64,000 nt of DNA from an uncultured bacterium (GTDB lineage: Bacteria > Chloroflexota > UBA5177 > JANWHV01): contig CAWHAE010000018.1 in the NCBI GenBank assembly GCA_963827235.1, positions 416,001-480,000 on the forward strand, read 5' to 3'. The notes below the pieces were generated by a model. That model was not told where the DNA came from. It made no database searches and worked only from the letters and a program-made list of their open reading frames with translations. The translations under genes were made by a program, and so were the position numbers. This document shows positions 38,352-48,214 of the stretch, in pieces (the stretch's first letter is position 1; each line of letters begins with the position of its first letter).

Positions 38352-40115
38352 ATGCCGTATGACTCCATCGTGACGCGGGCGGTTGCCGAGGACCTGCATC
38401 TCCATCTCCTTGGCGGCAGGGTCGACAAGATCGTCCAGCCCGACGAGTTGTCTGTTGCCTTCTTGCTCCGTGCCGAGCATGCGAATCAGTGGTTGCTCAT
38501 GTCCGCGCACGCCCAGCGGGCGACCGTGCGCAGAACGCTGGCCCGGCAGTCGACTGGGTTCACGGAGCCGTCGCCATTCGTCATGCTGCTGCGGAAACAC
38601 TTGGAGAGCGCGCGGCTGGCCGCCGTTTCCCAGATCGGCGTCGACCGGGTGCTCCGGCTGGGATTCGCGCGCGGCGCGGATGAGATGGTGCTGCTGGCCG
38701 AGGTGATCGGCCGCTACAGCAACGTCATCCTCGCTACCGCCGATCTGGTCGTGCTCGGCGCCCTGAAACTGGTGCGGGCCGACGAGAACCGGGTGCGCGT
38801 CGTCGTGCCGAGGAGACCCTATGCGCCGCCGCCCGCGCCGATGCAGGCACCTCCCTTCGACAACCGCCCCAAGCTGGATCCCCTGCACTGCCTGGCTGGA
38901 GATCTCGCCGTCGCACTGAGTCGGGCCGAGCCCTCGGCTCAGCTCTGGACGTCGCTGCTGGGCATCGTCGACGGCCTCAGCCCGACGGCCGCGCGGGAGA
39001 CGGCGTTTCGGGCGCTCGGCTCGATCGAGGTGACCGCGGGGCAGGCGCTCGGCCTCGCCTCAGCCGCGGCGCTGCTCGACGTGATTCGACTGCTCTATTC
39101 GTCTTCCCGAGGACTGCCCAGCGCGGTGCGGCGCGGCGAGAAGCTCGTCGACTATGCGGCGTTCCCGCTGCTGCAGCACGGCATCGAGCCGCCCAGCTAT
39201 GCCGATATTGCCGCCTTGCTGGACGAGGTCCAGGTTGCACCGGCCGGCGGGGACGCCATGGCGGCACGGCGAGATCCCGTCGTGGCGGCGATCGATACCC
39301 TGCGCAAGAATGCCCGGCGCAAGATTGCCTCCTTGCAGGGATCGCTCGTCGACGAGGCGGCCCTGGCGACGATGCGGGCGCGCGGAGAGATGGTGCTCGC
39401 CTACCAGCACTCGATCCAGCCCGGGTCGAAGGAGCTCGTGATCGCTGAGCCCGCGATGAGCATCTCGCTCGATCCCCAGCTCACCCCGGTAGAGAATGCC
39501 CAGCGGCTGTTCAAGCTGTATGGCAAGGCGCGCGATGCGGCCCGAGTCGTTCCCGCGTTGCTGGAAACCGCGCGCCAGGAGCTCGACTATCTGGATCAGC
39601 TCGCCGTTCACGCCGCGCTGGCCGAAGACTCTCAGTCCCTTGCCGCCGTGCGCGAAGACCTGCGCGATCAGACCGTCACGCCTGAAGAGGCCGCGCAGCG
39701 CGCCAGAAAGGAGGCCCAGCGTGCCAAGCGGGGCAAGGCGCAGAAGGGAAAGCCGGGCATCAGTCCGCTGCGCGTACGAGCCGCGGACGGCAGCGAGATT
39801 CTAATCGGCCGCAGTGCCAAGCAGAACGACGCCGTCACCTTCAGCATGGCCGGCGCCCAGGACATCTGGCTGCACGCGCGCCGTATCCCCGGCGCGCACG
39901 TCATACTGCGCGTGGCAGGCCACGCGCCGAGCCCGGCCACCTTGCTGCAGGCTGCCACGCTCGCTGCCACGCACAGCCAGGCGCGCGGCTCCACCACGGT
40001 GCCGGTCGACTATACGCTGGTGCGCAACGTACGGCGCATCAAAGGCGCCAAACCGGGCCTGGTGTACTATTCCGGCGAGACCACGCTCAGCGTGCGGCCG
40101 GGCGCGGCGGACTGA
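38352..40115 (+). CDS. rqcH: Ribosome quality control factor RqcH/Rqc2 (NFACT/FbpA family)
   Basis: PSPFVMLLRKHL, DRVLRL, EVIGRYSN, ENAQRLFKLY, GRSAKQND, WLHARRIPGAHV, KPGLVYY. Confidence 0.92.
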   Translation: MPYDSIVTRAVAEDLHLHLLGGRVDKIVQPDELSVAFLLRAEHANQWLLMSAHAQRATVRRTLARQSTGFTEPSPFVMLLRKHLESARLAAVSQIGVDRVLRLGFARGADEMVLLAEVIGRYSNVILATADLVVLGALKLVRADENRVRVVVPRRPYAPPPAPMQAPPFDNRPKLDPLHCLAGDLAVALSRAEPSAQLWTSLLGIVDGLSPTAARETAFRALGSIEVTAGQALGLASAAALLDVIRLLYSSSRGLPSAVRRGEKLVDYAAFPLLQHGIEPPSYADIAALLDEVQVAPAGGDAMAARRDPVVAAIDTLRKNARRKIASLQGSLVDEAALATMRARGEMVLAYQHSIQPGSKELVIAEPAMSISLDPQLTPVENAQRLFKLYGKARDAARVVPALLETARQELDYLDQLAVHAALAEDSQSLAAVREDLRDQTVTPEEAAQRARKEAQRAKRGKAQKGKPGISPLRVRAADGSEILIGRSAKQNDAVTFSMAGAQDIWLHARRIPGAHVILRVAGHAPSPATLLQAATLAATHSQARGSTTVPVDYTLVRNVRRIKGAKPGLVYYSGETTLSVRPGAAD

Positions 40116-40683
40116 GGCGGGGAGGCTCGGACGCGTCCCACGCCGTCATCGCCGCGATCCACTCGCGCAGTGCTACTTCCCTTGCCGGCTCGTCGCGGAA
40201 GAAGGCGAGCAGCCACTCGCGCGTGCTCGCCGTGCCGTGGGTATTCGGGTCGAGGACGGCAGAGAAGTACTTGGCCAGCTTCCTGGAGTTCTCGCTGTGC
40301 CCGCGCACGAGCGAGTCCAGGAAGGCGGCGAACTTGTCGCGATGCTCGGCACTGGAATACGGTCGCTTGAAATAGTTGCTCGCGGTGTGTTCGACCCGCA
40401 TGTCGAGCCGATCGCCGATCCACTCGCCCAGCGGCGTGGCCGGCGGCTTCTCTATGCGCTCGCGGCGAATAGCATCGACGCTCGTGTCTTCGAGCGGATC
40501 GAGGACCAGCTCACTCTGCTCGACGTCCAGCGTTTGATGCACCTTGCGGCGGAACGTGCGGTTGGTCTGCTCCTTGTCGGGGGCTGCATGCTGTGAAGGC
40601 CTCGTGGGTTTCCCCGTGCGTATCACGTGGTCCCGAGTGTACGAGAGTGCCTTCTTCTCATGGGGCGCTTTGCGCTCGGCCAT
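40087..40683 (-). CDS. Hypothetical protein with a basic N-terminus
   Basis: GGGGAGG RBS; 198 aa with protein-like composition; 3' end overlaps rqcH. Confidence 0.7.
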   Translation of the reverse strand: MAERKAPHEKKALSYTRDHVIRTGKPTRPSQHAAPDKEQTNRTFRRKVHQTLDVEQSELVLDPLEDTSVDAIRRERIEKPPATPLGEWIGDRLDMRVEHTASNYFKRPYSSAEHRDKFAAFLDSLVRGHSENSRKLAKYFSAVLDPNTHGTASTREWLLAFFRDEPAREVALREWIAAMTAWDASEPPRLSPPRPAAR

Positions 40684-40828
40684 TGGTGCCTCCCCACTGC
40701 CAGCTCATTCGTGGAATCACCCGGCGACGACCGGGAAAGCCGTCGCTCTCTTCCCATGATCCCTCGTTTTGGACATCCTGGCGAGGCGATTATCCGGCGG
40801 CAGCCTCATGCCGCGGGACGCAAACGGG

Positions 40829-41302
40829 TCAGCCTCCTCCCACACCCTCGCCGTCCGAGAGCGCCCACTCACCGGACGGATACTCCAGATTCCTGGCGCC
40901 CACCGCTGGCAGGAAGACAAAGTGCCTCGAAACCAGGAAGTTCACCGAAAACGCCGCCACGATGCCCGCCGCGTCTGCCGGCAGGTAGTGCATGCCGAGT
41001 CGCAGGAGCCAGGAAAACACGGCCACGTTCACCAGTAGACCGGCGAGCGAGCTCACCTGTGCTTTAGCGGCGCGCACCGGCCAGTCCCAGCCGCGAACGT
41101 GCTTCTGCTCGCCGTATGTGAACCTCTGATTGGTATAGAAGTTGATCAGAGCGCTGCACACGAATGCAAGCACCCAGGCCGGCTTCATCGGGATGCTCAG
41201 CAACGAGTAGTAGAGCCACAGGAATCCCACATTGATCGGGATGCCGGCACCGCCTACAAGAGCAAAGCGGATGGCGCGCACTGCGAGCAGTCTCCGCGCC
41301 AT
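40829..41302 (-). CDS. GtrA family membrane protein
   Basis: IRFALVG, NFYTNQRFTY, NFLVSRHFVF; four TM helices. Confidence 0.88.
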   Translation of the reverse strand: MARRLLAVRAIRFALVGGAGIPINVGFLWLYYSLLSIPMKPAWVLAFVCSALINFYTNQRFTYGEQKHVRGWDWPVRAAKAQVSSLAGLLVNVAVFSWLLRLGMHYLPADAAGIVAAFSVNFLVSRHFVFLPAVGARNLEYPSGEWALSDGEGVGGG

Positions 41303-41636
41303 GCCCATCCATTCCGAGTCGTGCCAGCCCACCAACCCCTCCCCTGCCACAGCGGGTCCGTCATGGGCGCACCGTATCATGGGAAACGGGCCGGGCACAA
41401 TCACCGGATCGTACTGCGGGGCGGAGCCCGCGACTCCTCTGAATCGCTCACCGGTACCCGCGCATCACGCTTCGAGCACGCCGCCGCCCAGATACTCAAG
41501 AACGCTGCCGGCATACTCGGCCTGCGCATCCTGGGGTACAGCAGCCTGGACCGGGGCAAACAGCTGGGTACCAGCGCCTCGGCCAGTGGACACCGGCCGC
41601 CCAATCACACGTGCCGGCTGCGCCCAGCGTTGGCGA

Positions 41637-42984
41637 TCAGGGAGGGCAGCTTGTGCAAGGCGCCGCGATCGGGAACCGGCCGCCCAAGAGCAGCCGCCAG
41701 CTCCGTCCAGCGTCGGTGCCCCGGTAGAGCAGGTTGTGCAGCACACCCCGGCTGCCGTGCGCCAGCAGGTAGATCGGATCGCCCGCCTTCATGCCCGCCT
41801 GCACGTCGATAAGGCTACCGATGGGCACGGGCAGGTGGTCGCTGGCCGCGATACGCGTGGTAGCCGGGCCACCGCCCTGGAAGCGGTAGATCCCGCTCGG
41901 CAGGAACGCGTAGGAGGCACCCGCCCCGAACACGTTGTCCACCTTGAAGGCGGGGCAGGTGCCGTGGTAGTCGCCCGGGCAGAGCGCGGCCCGCCAGGTG
42001 CGCCCCTCGTCGGCAGACAGGTACACGCGGTCCTTGGGCACACCCGGGCCGTAGCCGAAGCCGACGAGCAGCCTACCCTCGTGCCGGTCGGTGCCCACCG
42101 AAAAGCCCACCAGCGAGGGGGTGACGCTGGGCGTGGTTACTCTGGTCCAGGTGTTCCCGCCGTCGTCGCTGCGGGCCGCGAAGCCCGGGTGAGAGACCAC
42201 GGCCGGCGGACCCTCATAAGTAGTAGGTCACGTTGAAGTACACCGTGTTCAAGCGCGTGGCATCGGCAACGACCGTGCCGAAGTCGGCGAAGTGCGAAGG
42301 ATCGTGAGCCAGCTGGACCGGGTCGGTTCCGGCGAAGAACGTCTTTCCGTTGTCGCTCGACCGCACGAGACCGCAACCGCCTGGGAACCCGAACATAGCA
42401 TATACCCGAGCCACCGAGACCGGGCTGATGACAAAGCTCACAAAGCCGCCGTGATAGCCGGCGGGCGGGCTGGCACAGTGAAAGTAGTTGCCCGGTCCTT
42501 GCCAGTTCCGATCGTGCGAGGTGGCCGCACCCCAAGATAGCCCGCCATCGTTCGACCACATCAACGCCTCGCCCGAGTGAGCGTTGCCGTCTCCTGTCTC
42601 ACGTTCGAGATAGACATGTCTGCTATCGGCCGCGACGGTCGCAGCGTGGAGGATCACGGTCAGCCCTCCATAGACAACGCCCTCGACCGCCGCGCTTACG
42701 TCCCTCCAGTGCGCACCGCCATCTGTGGACCGCATAAGCCACGGCGGGCAGGCCAGCAGGCCGCCGAAGCTGGCGGAGCAGGTGCCGAACACGCCCTCCA
42801 AGAAAAGGGTTCGCGGCTGCAATGGGTCGACGCGCAGCCAGACCAGGTGCACAGGCAGCGGAGCGGCCTTGCTAGCCGTCGGGCCAGCAGAACTGAGTAG
42901 TGCACCGATCACAGCCAGAGCGGAAACGATAGCGCGGACGTGCGGCGAGACGCGACGTTCAGCTCGCGCGTGACGAGCGGCCAT
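41637..42984 (-). pseudogene. Secreted Asp-box (BNR/sialidase-like) propeller protein with a +1 frameshift near 42218
   Basis: AAGGAGG RBS; signal peptide; Asp boxes RSTDGGAHW, SNDGGLSW, SSDNGKTF, then RSDDGGNTW and SADEGRTW. Removing one T rejoins VTYY-YEGPPAVVSHPGF. Confidence 0.75.
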
Positions 42985-42995
42985 GGTGACCTCCT

Positions 42996-43564
42996 TCAAC
43001 CATCCAGGACCATCGGCAAGCCCCGCATATTACAGTATCTCGGCATAACCGCGGCTGATTCTCGCTGCGTGCTGGGCACGTTGGATCGAGCACGGGCGGG
43101 GGCCACGAATGCAGCCCCTTCAACGACGGCGAGCCGGCCTAGCAGATCCTGCGTGACGAGCTCTTGCATTCCCTTATCGACCGACCACATCAACCCGCGC
43201 CCCGAGCCGGCGTTGCCGGCCAAGCTCGTGCGTAGCAGGTAGACATGCCGGCCGCCGGGCGCGACAACGAGGGGGGCAAGGTGTATCCCTTCGCCCATCT
43301 CGACGTACCCTTCCGCGGCGCCGCTCACGTCCTCCCAATGGGCGCCGCCGTCGGCCGACCGTATGAGCCAGGGTATTATGCACACCGACGGGTAGGGCCC
43401 GGTGGGGGGCAGTGCAGGAACGTGCCCTCGAGAAGGATCGTCTGCGGGTTTCGGGGGTCAACGCGCAGCCACATCAGCTGCACAGAGCTGGGCGCGAACT
43501 TGGCGGCATCCACCGGCTCGAACAGTCCGAACGATGCGATGAGCAGAAGCAGCGTTGCCAGCAC
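42996..43564 (-). pseudogene. Truncated, frameshifted paralog of the adjacent Asp-box protein
   Basis: Shares WLRVDP..P.T..LEG, PWL.RS.DGGAHW.DVS, RHVYL and LMWS.D.G. Has a -1 shift in the G6 run at 43404-43409, and similarity stops after WSVDKG. Confidence 0.7.
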
Positions 43565-43683
43565 GCGGATCGTGCCTCACGCTATCTGCGCTGATCTTGC
43601 ACTGGCTTGATCCGTGGTATCGATCGGGTCTCCAACACCCCTGACCGGCCGGCACGAGATCAAGCGCGCGGAAGTCAGCCCTG

Positions 43684-44850
43684 CTACGTTGGGCTCGCGG
43701 CAGGCGATCTGCGAAGCGGCCCGGGCCTAGCAGTCCCCGCGTTGCGGGCCGCCGCGACGGCAGCGGTCACGCGCAGCGGAATCGAGATCGTTGACTGCAT
43801 CCGACCGACGAAGGCGTCGCCGCACGGCCAGCCGTCGGCGCACGGCCAGAGTAGTCGAAATGAAAAGTAATCGGTCCCGGGACGCATCCGCGGTGGGACC
43901 GGAAACTCCATGGCAAACGTCCGGGTTCCGCCTGGAGTCACTGATCGAAGGCTGGTGCAGTTGAGCACGTAGTCACGGTACCAGGTGCGTTCTGTATGAT
44001 CAGACGGCGTCAGCGCTTCCACATAGGCGGGGCATGTGGCTGGGAACGTCAGCGGCACAGCGGAGATGTTGGTCAGCTCCGCCCTGAAGTGGATCGTCTC
44101 GCCCTGCACGGCGGTCGGCGGAAGGGCTACAAGCCGCACCCGGTACGCAGGTGCTTCGGGTGTCGGCGGCGGCATCGGCACGATCGGCTGAAATGCACCG
44201 ATCTGCAGCCTGCCCTGGCAAAGCTGTACCGGGATGGGTGCGTGAAACGTGAGTAGCGCACCATTCGAGGGCAATGTGAAGCGCAAGATGGCTGAGGATT
44301 GAGACGGATATGGGCAAGAGTCTCGATTGGAATCCCAGCCAAGAAGTAGCGCGGCCTGACCGGCTTGCAAGCCCGCATAATCCGTCACGAGGTGCCGAAG
44401 ACCATGATGGGGCAGGAGCGTAACGGGTTGCACCTCACGCGCCGTTGGCTGTCGATAGGCCTTCGCAGCAATCTGTTGGCCCGACGACATGACGAGATGC
44501 AGACCAGGCTGGCCGGTGAGGGTACACACCGTTGTCGAGTGGTTTCCAAAGTACAGGTAGGCACTCAGCTGGCCTCCTGTGGCCGCGAAGATACGTGACA
44601 CGGCGACGTCGAGCACTGCTGCCTCGCACGGATATGCTCCCTTCGGCACCGGAATAGGCGTTGCCGTCTCGTCCGACGTAGGCGTTACGTCGAGCCACGG
44701 CACGATCTTCGGCGTCTCGGACGGGACCACCGCCGCATGCAACACGCTGCGGTCGCTGGCCTGTCCGCTGAGCCACGCCCACACGAGCAGTCCAATTACG
44801 GCGAAGAGGGCAGCGCCTCCCCACAGTCTCGAAACCATCGAACGCACCAT
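43684..44850 (-). CDS. Membrane-anchored DUF4232 domain protein with a C-terminal Ig-like domain
   Basis: N-terminal TM; C....L.V, AATGG, FGNHSTTVCTLTGQPGLHLV pattern; GGAGG RBS before ATG 44850. Confidence 0.75.
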   Translation of the reverse strand: MVRSMVSRLWGGAALFAVIGLLVWAWLSGQASDRSVLHAAVVPSETPKIVPWLDVTPTSDETATPIPVPKGAYPCEAAVLDVAVSRIFAATGGQLSAYLYFGNHSTTVCTLTGQPGLHLVMSSGQQIAAKAYRQPTAREVQPVTLLPHHGLRHLVTDYAGLQAGQAALLLGWDSNRDSCPYPSQSSAILRFTLPSNGALLTFHAPIPVQLCQGRLQIGAFQPIVPMPPPTPEAPAYRVRLVALPPTAVQGETIHFRAELTNISAVPLTFPATCPAYVEALTPSDHTERTWYRDYVLNCTSLRSVTPGGTRTFAMEFPVPPRMRPGTDYFSFRLLWPCADGWPCGDAFVGRMQSTISIPLRVTAAVAAARNAGTARPGPLRRSPAASPT

Positions 44851-44894
44851 AGGGCAGCGCCTCCCCACAGTCTCGAAACCATCGAACGTACCAT
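44807..44894. repeat. 44-bp tandem duplication of the gene 5' end
   Basis: AGGGCAGCGCCTCCCCACAGTCTCGAAACCATCGAACG(C/T)ACCAT at 44807-44850 and 44851-44894, one mismatch. Confidence 0.95.
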
Positions 44895-45593
44895 CCGGCG
44901 AAAATCGCCGCTATCGGGCCGTGACGAGCAGTAGAACGACAACATACGCGAACGATTTCCTGTCCGGTTGAAAGGTGGATGATTCCCGGAAGAGGACACT
45001 GCAACGTCGTGATCGGTGCTGGCCATGGGCTCTCTTACCAGTGAACGGCAATACTCTGGCAAGAATTGACCAGGTACCGCCGGGTCTGGCTTGCGATTGC
45101 CGCCCGCGGCAAGCTCTCTTCCGCCCATCACAACCTCCGCCTATAGCTCAGAACGATTGGTCGCTGCCGCATGCCAAAGCGAGATAACTCCTCACCAGTG
45201 TCTTGTCCCACCAACCCTGAGGTGGTCCGGGCCGCCCGGCCGCCACCACTATCGCTCGCCCACCCCATGTCTCGGCCCGGTCCTATCCTGCCCAAGCGTC
45301 CCCAGCGACACAGCCATGCGCCCGTCGCGCCGGCGCCATCGGCTCAGCAGCTTCGCTACAGAACATTCAGGCGCTGTTGCCACCCCGGCAACGGCTGGAT
45401 CGGAAATCGACCGCTCAAGAGCAGCCGCCGGCTCCACTCATCGCTGGACTACAACCACATATTTGCAGCGCCTATTATGCTCTCCATTTACAGAGGTCAA
45501 CGCAACCCGATGCCCGCGCATTACACTCCAGTCGCCCAGTTGTGCACGCCTATCAAGAAGCGCCACCTGGCGCCATGCTACCACCCGATTCTC

Positions 45594-45900
45594 GTGAGTG
45601 GCACCACCTGGACCATCAATGGCTCGGGCCATGTGGACGGGTCTGACCCCGATACCACGGCCTTCGTGTCGCAGCCCATCACCGGTGACGTCGTGCTGAG
45701 CACGCGGCTGATCAGCCAGACCGTGGTGGACAACTACGCCGAGTCGGGCTTGATGGTCCGTGCCAGCAGCGACCCGAGCGCGCCTATCTACTTCGTGATG
45801 CGCATGGCCGGCAGCGGCATGCTCGCCGTCGGTGCGCGTGCCAGCCAGCGTGCCGGTCTGAGCTTCCTGGCCTGGACCGACCCGCAGACGCTGCCGGTCT
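45594..45900 (+). pseudogene. Isolated fragment of a concanavalin A-like (DUF1349-type) carbohydrate-binding module
   Basis: SGTTWTINGSG...FVSQPITGDVVLSTRLISQT...AESGLMVRASSDPSAP; flanks are not protein-like and there is no signal peptide. Confidence 0.55.
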
Positions 45901-46030
45901 CGTCGACGCCATCGCTTATTCCGGACTTGAGTGCAGCACACCCCCAACGGCATAGTTGTGCCGCACGCCGCGACGGCGGCAGACTCATCCATACGCGGTC
46001 TGCGACAGGCAAGCCTGGTCCGGCTGCTGC

Positions 46031-48202
46031 TCACGCACGGCGCCACGGCCGCAGGTGATGGGCCAGCCAGGATCGACGAAGCCGCTTGAGTGCCGCCTGC
46101 GCGTCCTGCAGGTCGACGCTGCTGGCAGTTCGCCGCCCGTAGCACCAGGCTGCGTACAGTGCCGTGATGTGCGCCACGTCCTCGTGCTCGGCGGCACGCC
46201 GCGCGGCATAGAGCCGTGCGAACTCTTCCGGCGTTTGCGATGGCTGCGGCCGGATCGCCAGCCAGCGTGCCGTGCGGCACATAGAGCGGTATATGCCCCT
46301 CGGCGTCTTCGCTTCACGTCGCATCAGCGCGGGCACCAGGCAGCAGATCGCCAGCAGTAGGCCGCCCAGTACTCCGAGCGCCGCCCAGGACTGCCTGCCC
46401 TCGGCGCCTCTGGCCTGCACGCTCCGCCGCGTGGCATGCGGAGCAGGCCTCGCCGCCGAACGCGGTCGCGCGCTGGTGCCGGCCCCGGCGGAGGTCGCGC
46501 CCTCGTCCGGCCGCGTCACGATGGTCGATTCGCCGGCGAACCCGGGCGTGGGCTCAAAGGGTACCCAGCCCGTCCCCGCAACGAACACCTCAGGCCACGT
46601 GTGCGCGTCGCCGCCCGAAACCTGCCAGATGCCGTTCTGCAGCCGGCCGCTGGCATATCCTCCCACCACGCGCGCCGGCAGGCCGGCAGCGCGTGCCAGC
46701 AGCGCCATGGCGGACGCGAAATGCACGCAGTAGCCGCGCCTGCTCTGAAAGAGAAAGTACGAGATTGGATCCTCACCGCTCGGCGCGGCGCCGGCGTTCG
46801 TGTCGTAGGTGAAGAGTCCGCTCTTCAAGTATGCTTCGATGCTCATCGCCGCGGCATAGGGTGACTTGGCAGAGCCGGTCAGGGCCAGGGCCAGCGCGAC
46901 GATGCGCGGATCAACGCCTTGAGGGAGAGCGAGATAGCGCGGATCGGCCGGCAGCCCCCTGGCGCCGGGGTATGGATGCACCGCGGGGACCTCGGCCGTC
47001 ACCTCATAGGACGTGCCATCTGAGAGCGGAGTCTGGGCGTAGACGACCACCGGCTCGCTCCCCGAGCCCGCGGCGGCATATTCGGTCCGCGTGGCAAGTG
47101 TGGCCATTACCGGCCGCCCGGGTGCGAACAACTCGTTGTCTCCCGGCTGAATCACGTGGATCCGGACCACGATCTGGCTACCGAGGTGGCGGGGCACGTC
47201 GGCAGGGATGGCGTCGCCGGCCCCCACCGGCAGGACGGCGTTACCATCCGCTTCCCACGTGCCGTCCCGAAATATGTCGTAGATCGTGCCGCGCCAGTAC
47301 GGCGAAAGCCCCGGTGGCACGTTGCTCACCGTCATCACCAGGCCCGGGTACGGCCGGAATGGCCCGTTGAGGTTCAGCCGCGTGCCGAAGCCGGAAGAGA
47401 CCGGCACAACATGCGTCCCGCGGTTCAGAACGTGCAGCGGATCGTCGAGCGCCGGGCCGACGGTCGACCACACCTGCTGGCCCCAGCGACTGAGCGAGGC
47501 GCTGCTCGGCGACGGAGCCGCCCAGGCAGCCGGCACGATCAGGGCCAAAGCCGCCAACCCGCCGAGCAGCGAAAGCGACGTCGAGGCCCGAGGCTGCAGC
47601 GCCTCGTCCTGGCTTGCGGCGCACATGAGCCGCCCCGACCAGGTGTGCCACAAGACCTGAGCGAGCGCAACCAGCGAAAACGGCAGAAGCCATGCCTCGA
47701 CGCCCGAGACCAGGTTCGCCGCCGCCAGCAGCGTGCCCGCTGCCATGACGATTGCGGACCACACGTAGCCCGCGCGCAGCGTGAGCCACAGCACGCCCCA
47801 GGTCAGCTCCCAGGTCAGCAGCGCCAGCAGCGACAACAGGAGCAGGTTGCCGTTCACTACGCCCAAGGTGACGGCCGCGTGGCCGAAGGGCAGATCGACG
47901 GATACCGGGCCGCTCGGCATCGAGGTGAGCGAGCGGCTCAAAGCTACCGGCGTGGTGACGAAGCGGATCGTCGCCGCCGCGCCCACCACCTGCACGGCCA
48001 GCCAGCAAATCCAGTCCGGGAGCGGAGAAAGTATCAGTGGGAGAGCGATCAGCGCGGCGATGGCGCTGAGCAACAGCAGTAGGTCCGCGCCTCTGAACAG
48101 GAAGAGGCCGGCTATTGCCGCGATTGTGAGCTCGATCAGGGCAAGGGCGAGCAGATAAGCGACGGTGTAGCGCAGCAGCTGCAGGGGATGGAGGCCGAAC
48201 AT
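46031..48202 (-). CDS. Membrane transglutaminase-like protein (TgpA type)
   Basis: Multi-TM N-terminus, YWRG, RGYCVHFASAMALLAR, DAHTWPEV, GWVPFEPTP. Confidence 0.92.
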   Translation of the reverse strand: MFGLHPLQLLRYTVAYLLALALIELTIAAIAGLFLFRGADLLLLLSAIAALIALPLILSPLPDWICWLAVQVVGAAATIRFVTTPVALSRSLTSMPSGPVSVDLPFGHAAVTLGVVNGNLLLLSLLALLTWELTWGVLWLTLRAGYVWSAIVMAAGTLLAAANLVSGVEAWLLPFSLVALAQVLWHTWSGRLMCAASQDEALQPRASTSLSLLGGLAALALIVPAAWAAPSPSSASLSRWGQQVWSTVGPALDDPLHVLNRGTHVVPVSSGFGTRLNLNGPFRPYPGLVMTVSNVPPGLSPYWRGTIYDIFRDGTWEADGNAVLPVGAGDAIPADVPRHLGSQIVVRIHVIQPGDNELFAPGRPVMATLATRTEYAAAGSGSEPVVVYAQTPLSDGTSYEVTAEVPAVHPYPGARGLPADPRYLALPQGVDPRIVALALALTGSAKSPYAAAMSIEAYLKSGLFTYDTNAGAAPSGEDPISYFLFQSRRGYCVHFASAMALLARAAGLPARVVGGYASGRLQNGIWQVSGGDAHTWPEVFVAGTGWVPFEPTPGFAGESTIVTRPDEGATSAGAGTSARPRSAARPAPHATRRSVQARGAEGRQSWAALGVLGGLLLAICCLVPALMRREAKTPRGIYRSMCRTARWLAIRPQPSQTPEEFARLYAARRAAEHEDVAHITALYAAWCYGRRTASSVDLQDAQAALKRLRRSWLAHHLRPWRRA

Positions 48203-48214
48203 GCGTGCAACCGG

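Noticed and set aside
41401-41636. Short protein-like stretches on both strands between gtrA and the Asp-box gene
   Set aside because: No convincing start, RBS or recognisable motif; I cannot support a gene.
44807-44894. Mini-CRISPR or att site
   Set aside because: Two directly abutting copies with no spacer, matching the gene's own 5' end, and no integrase nearby.
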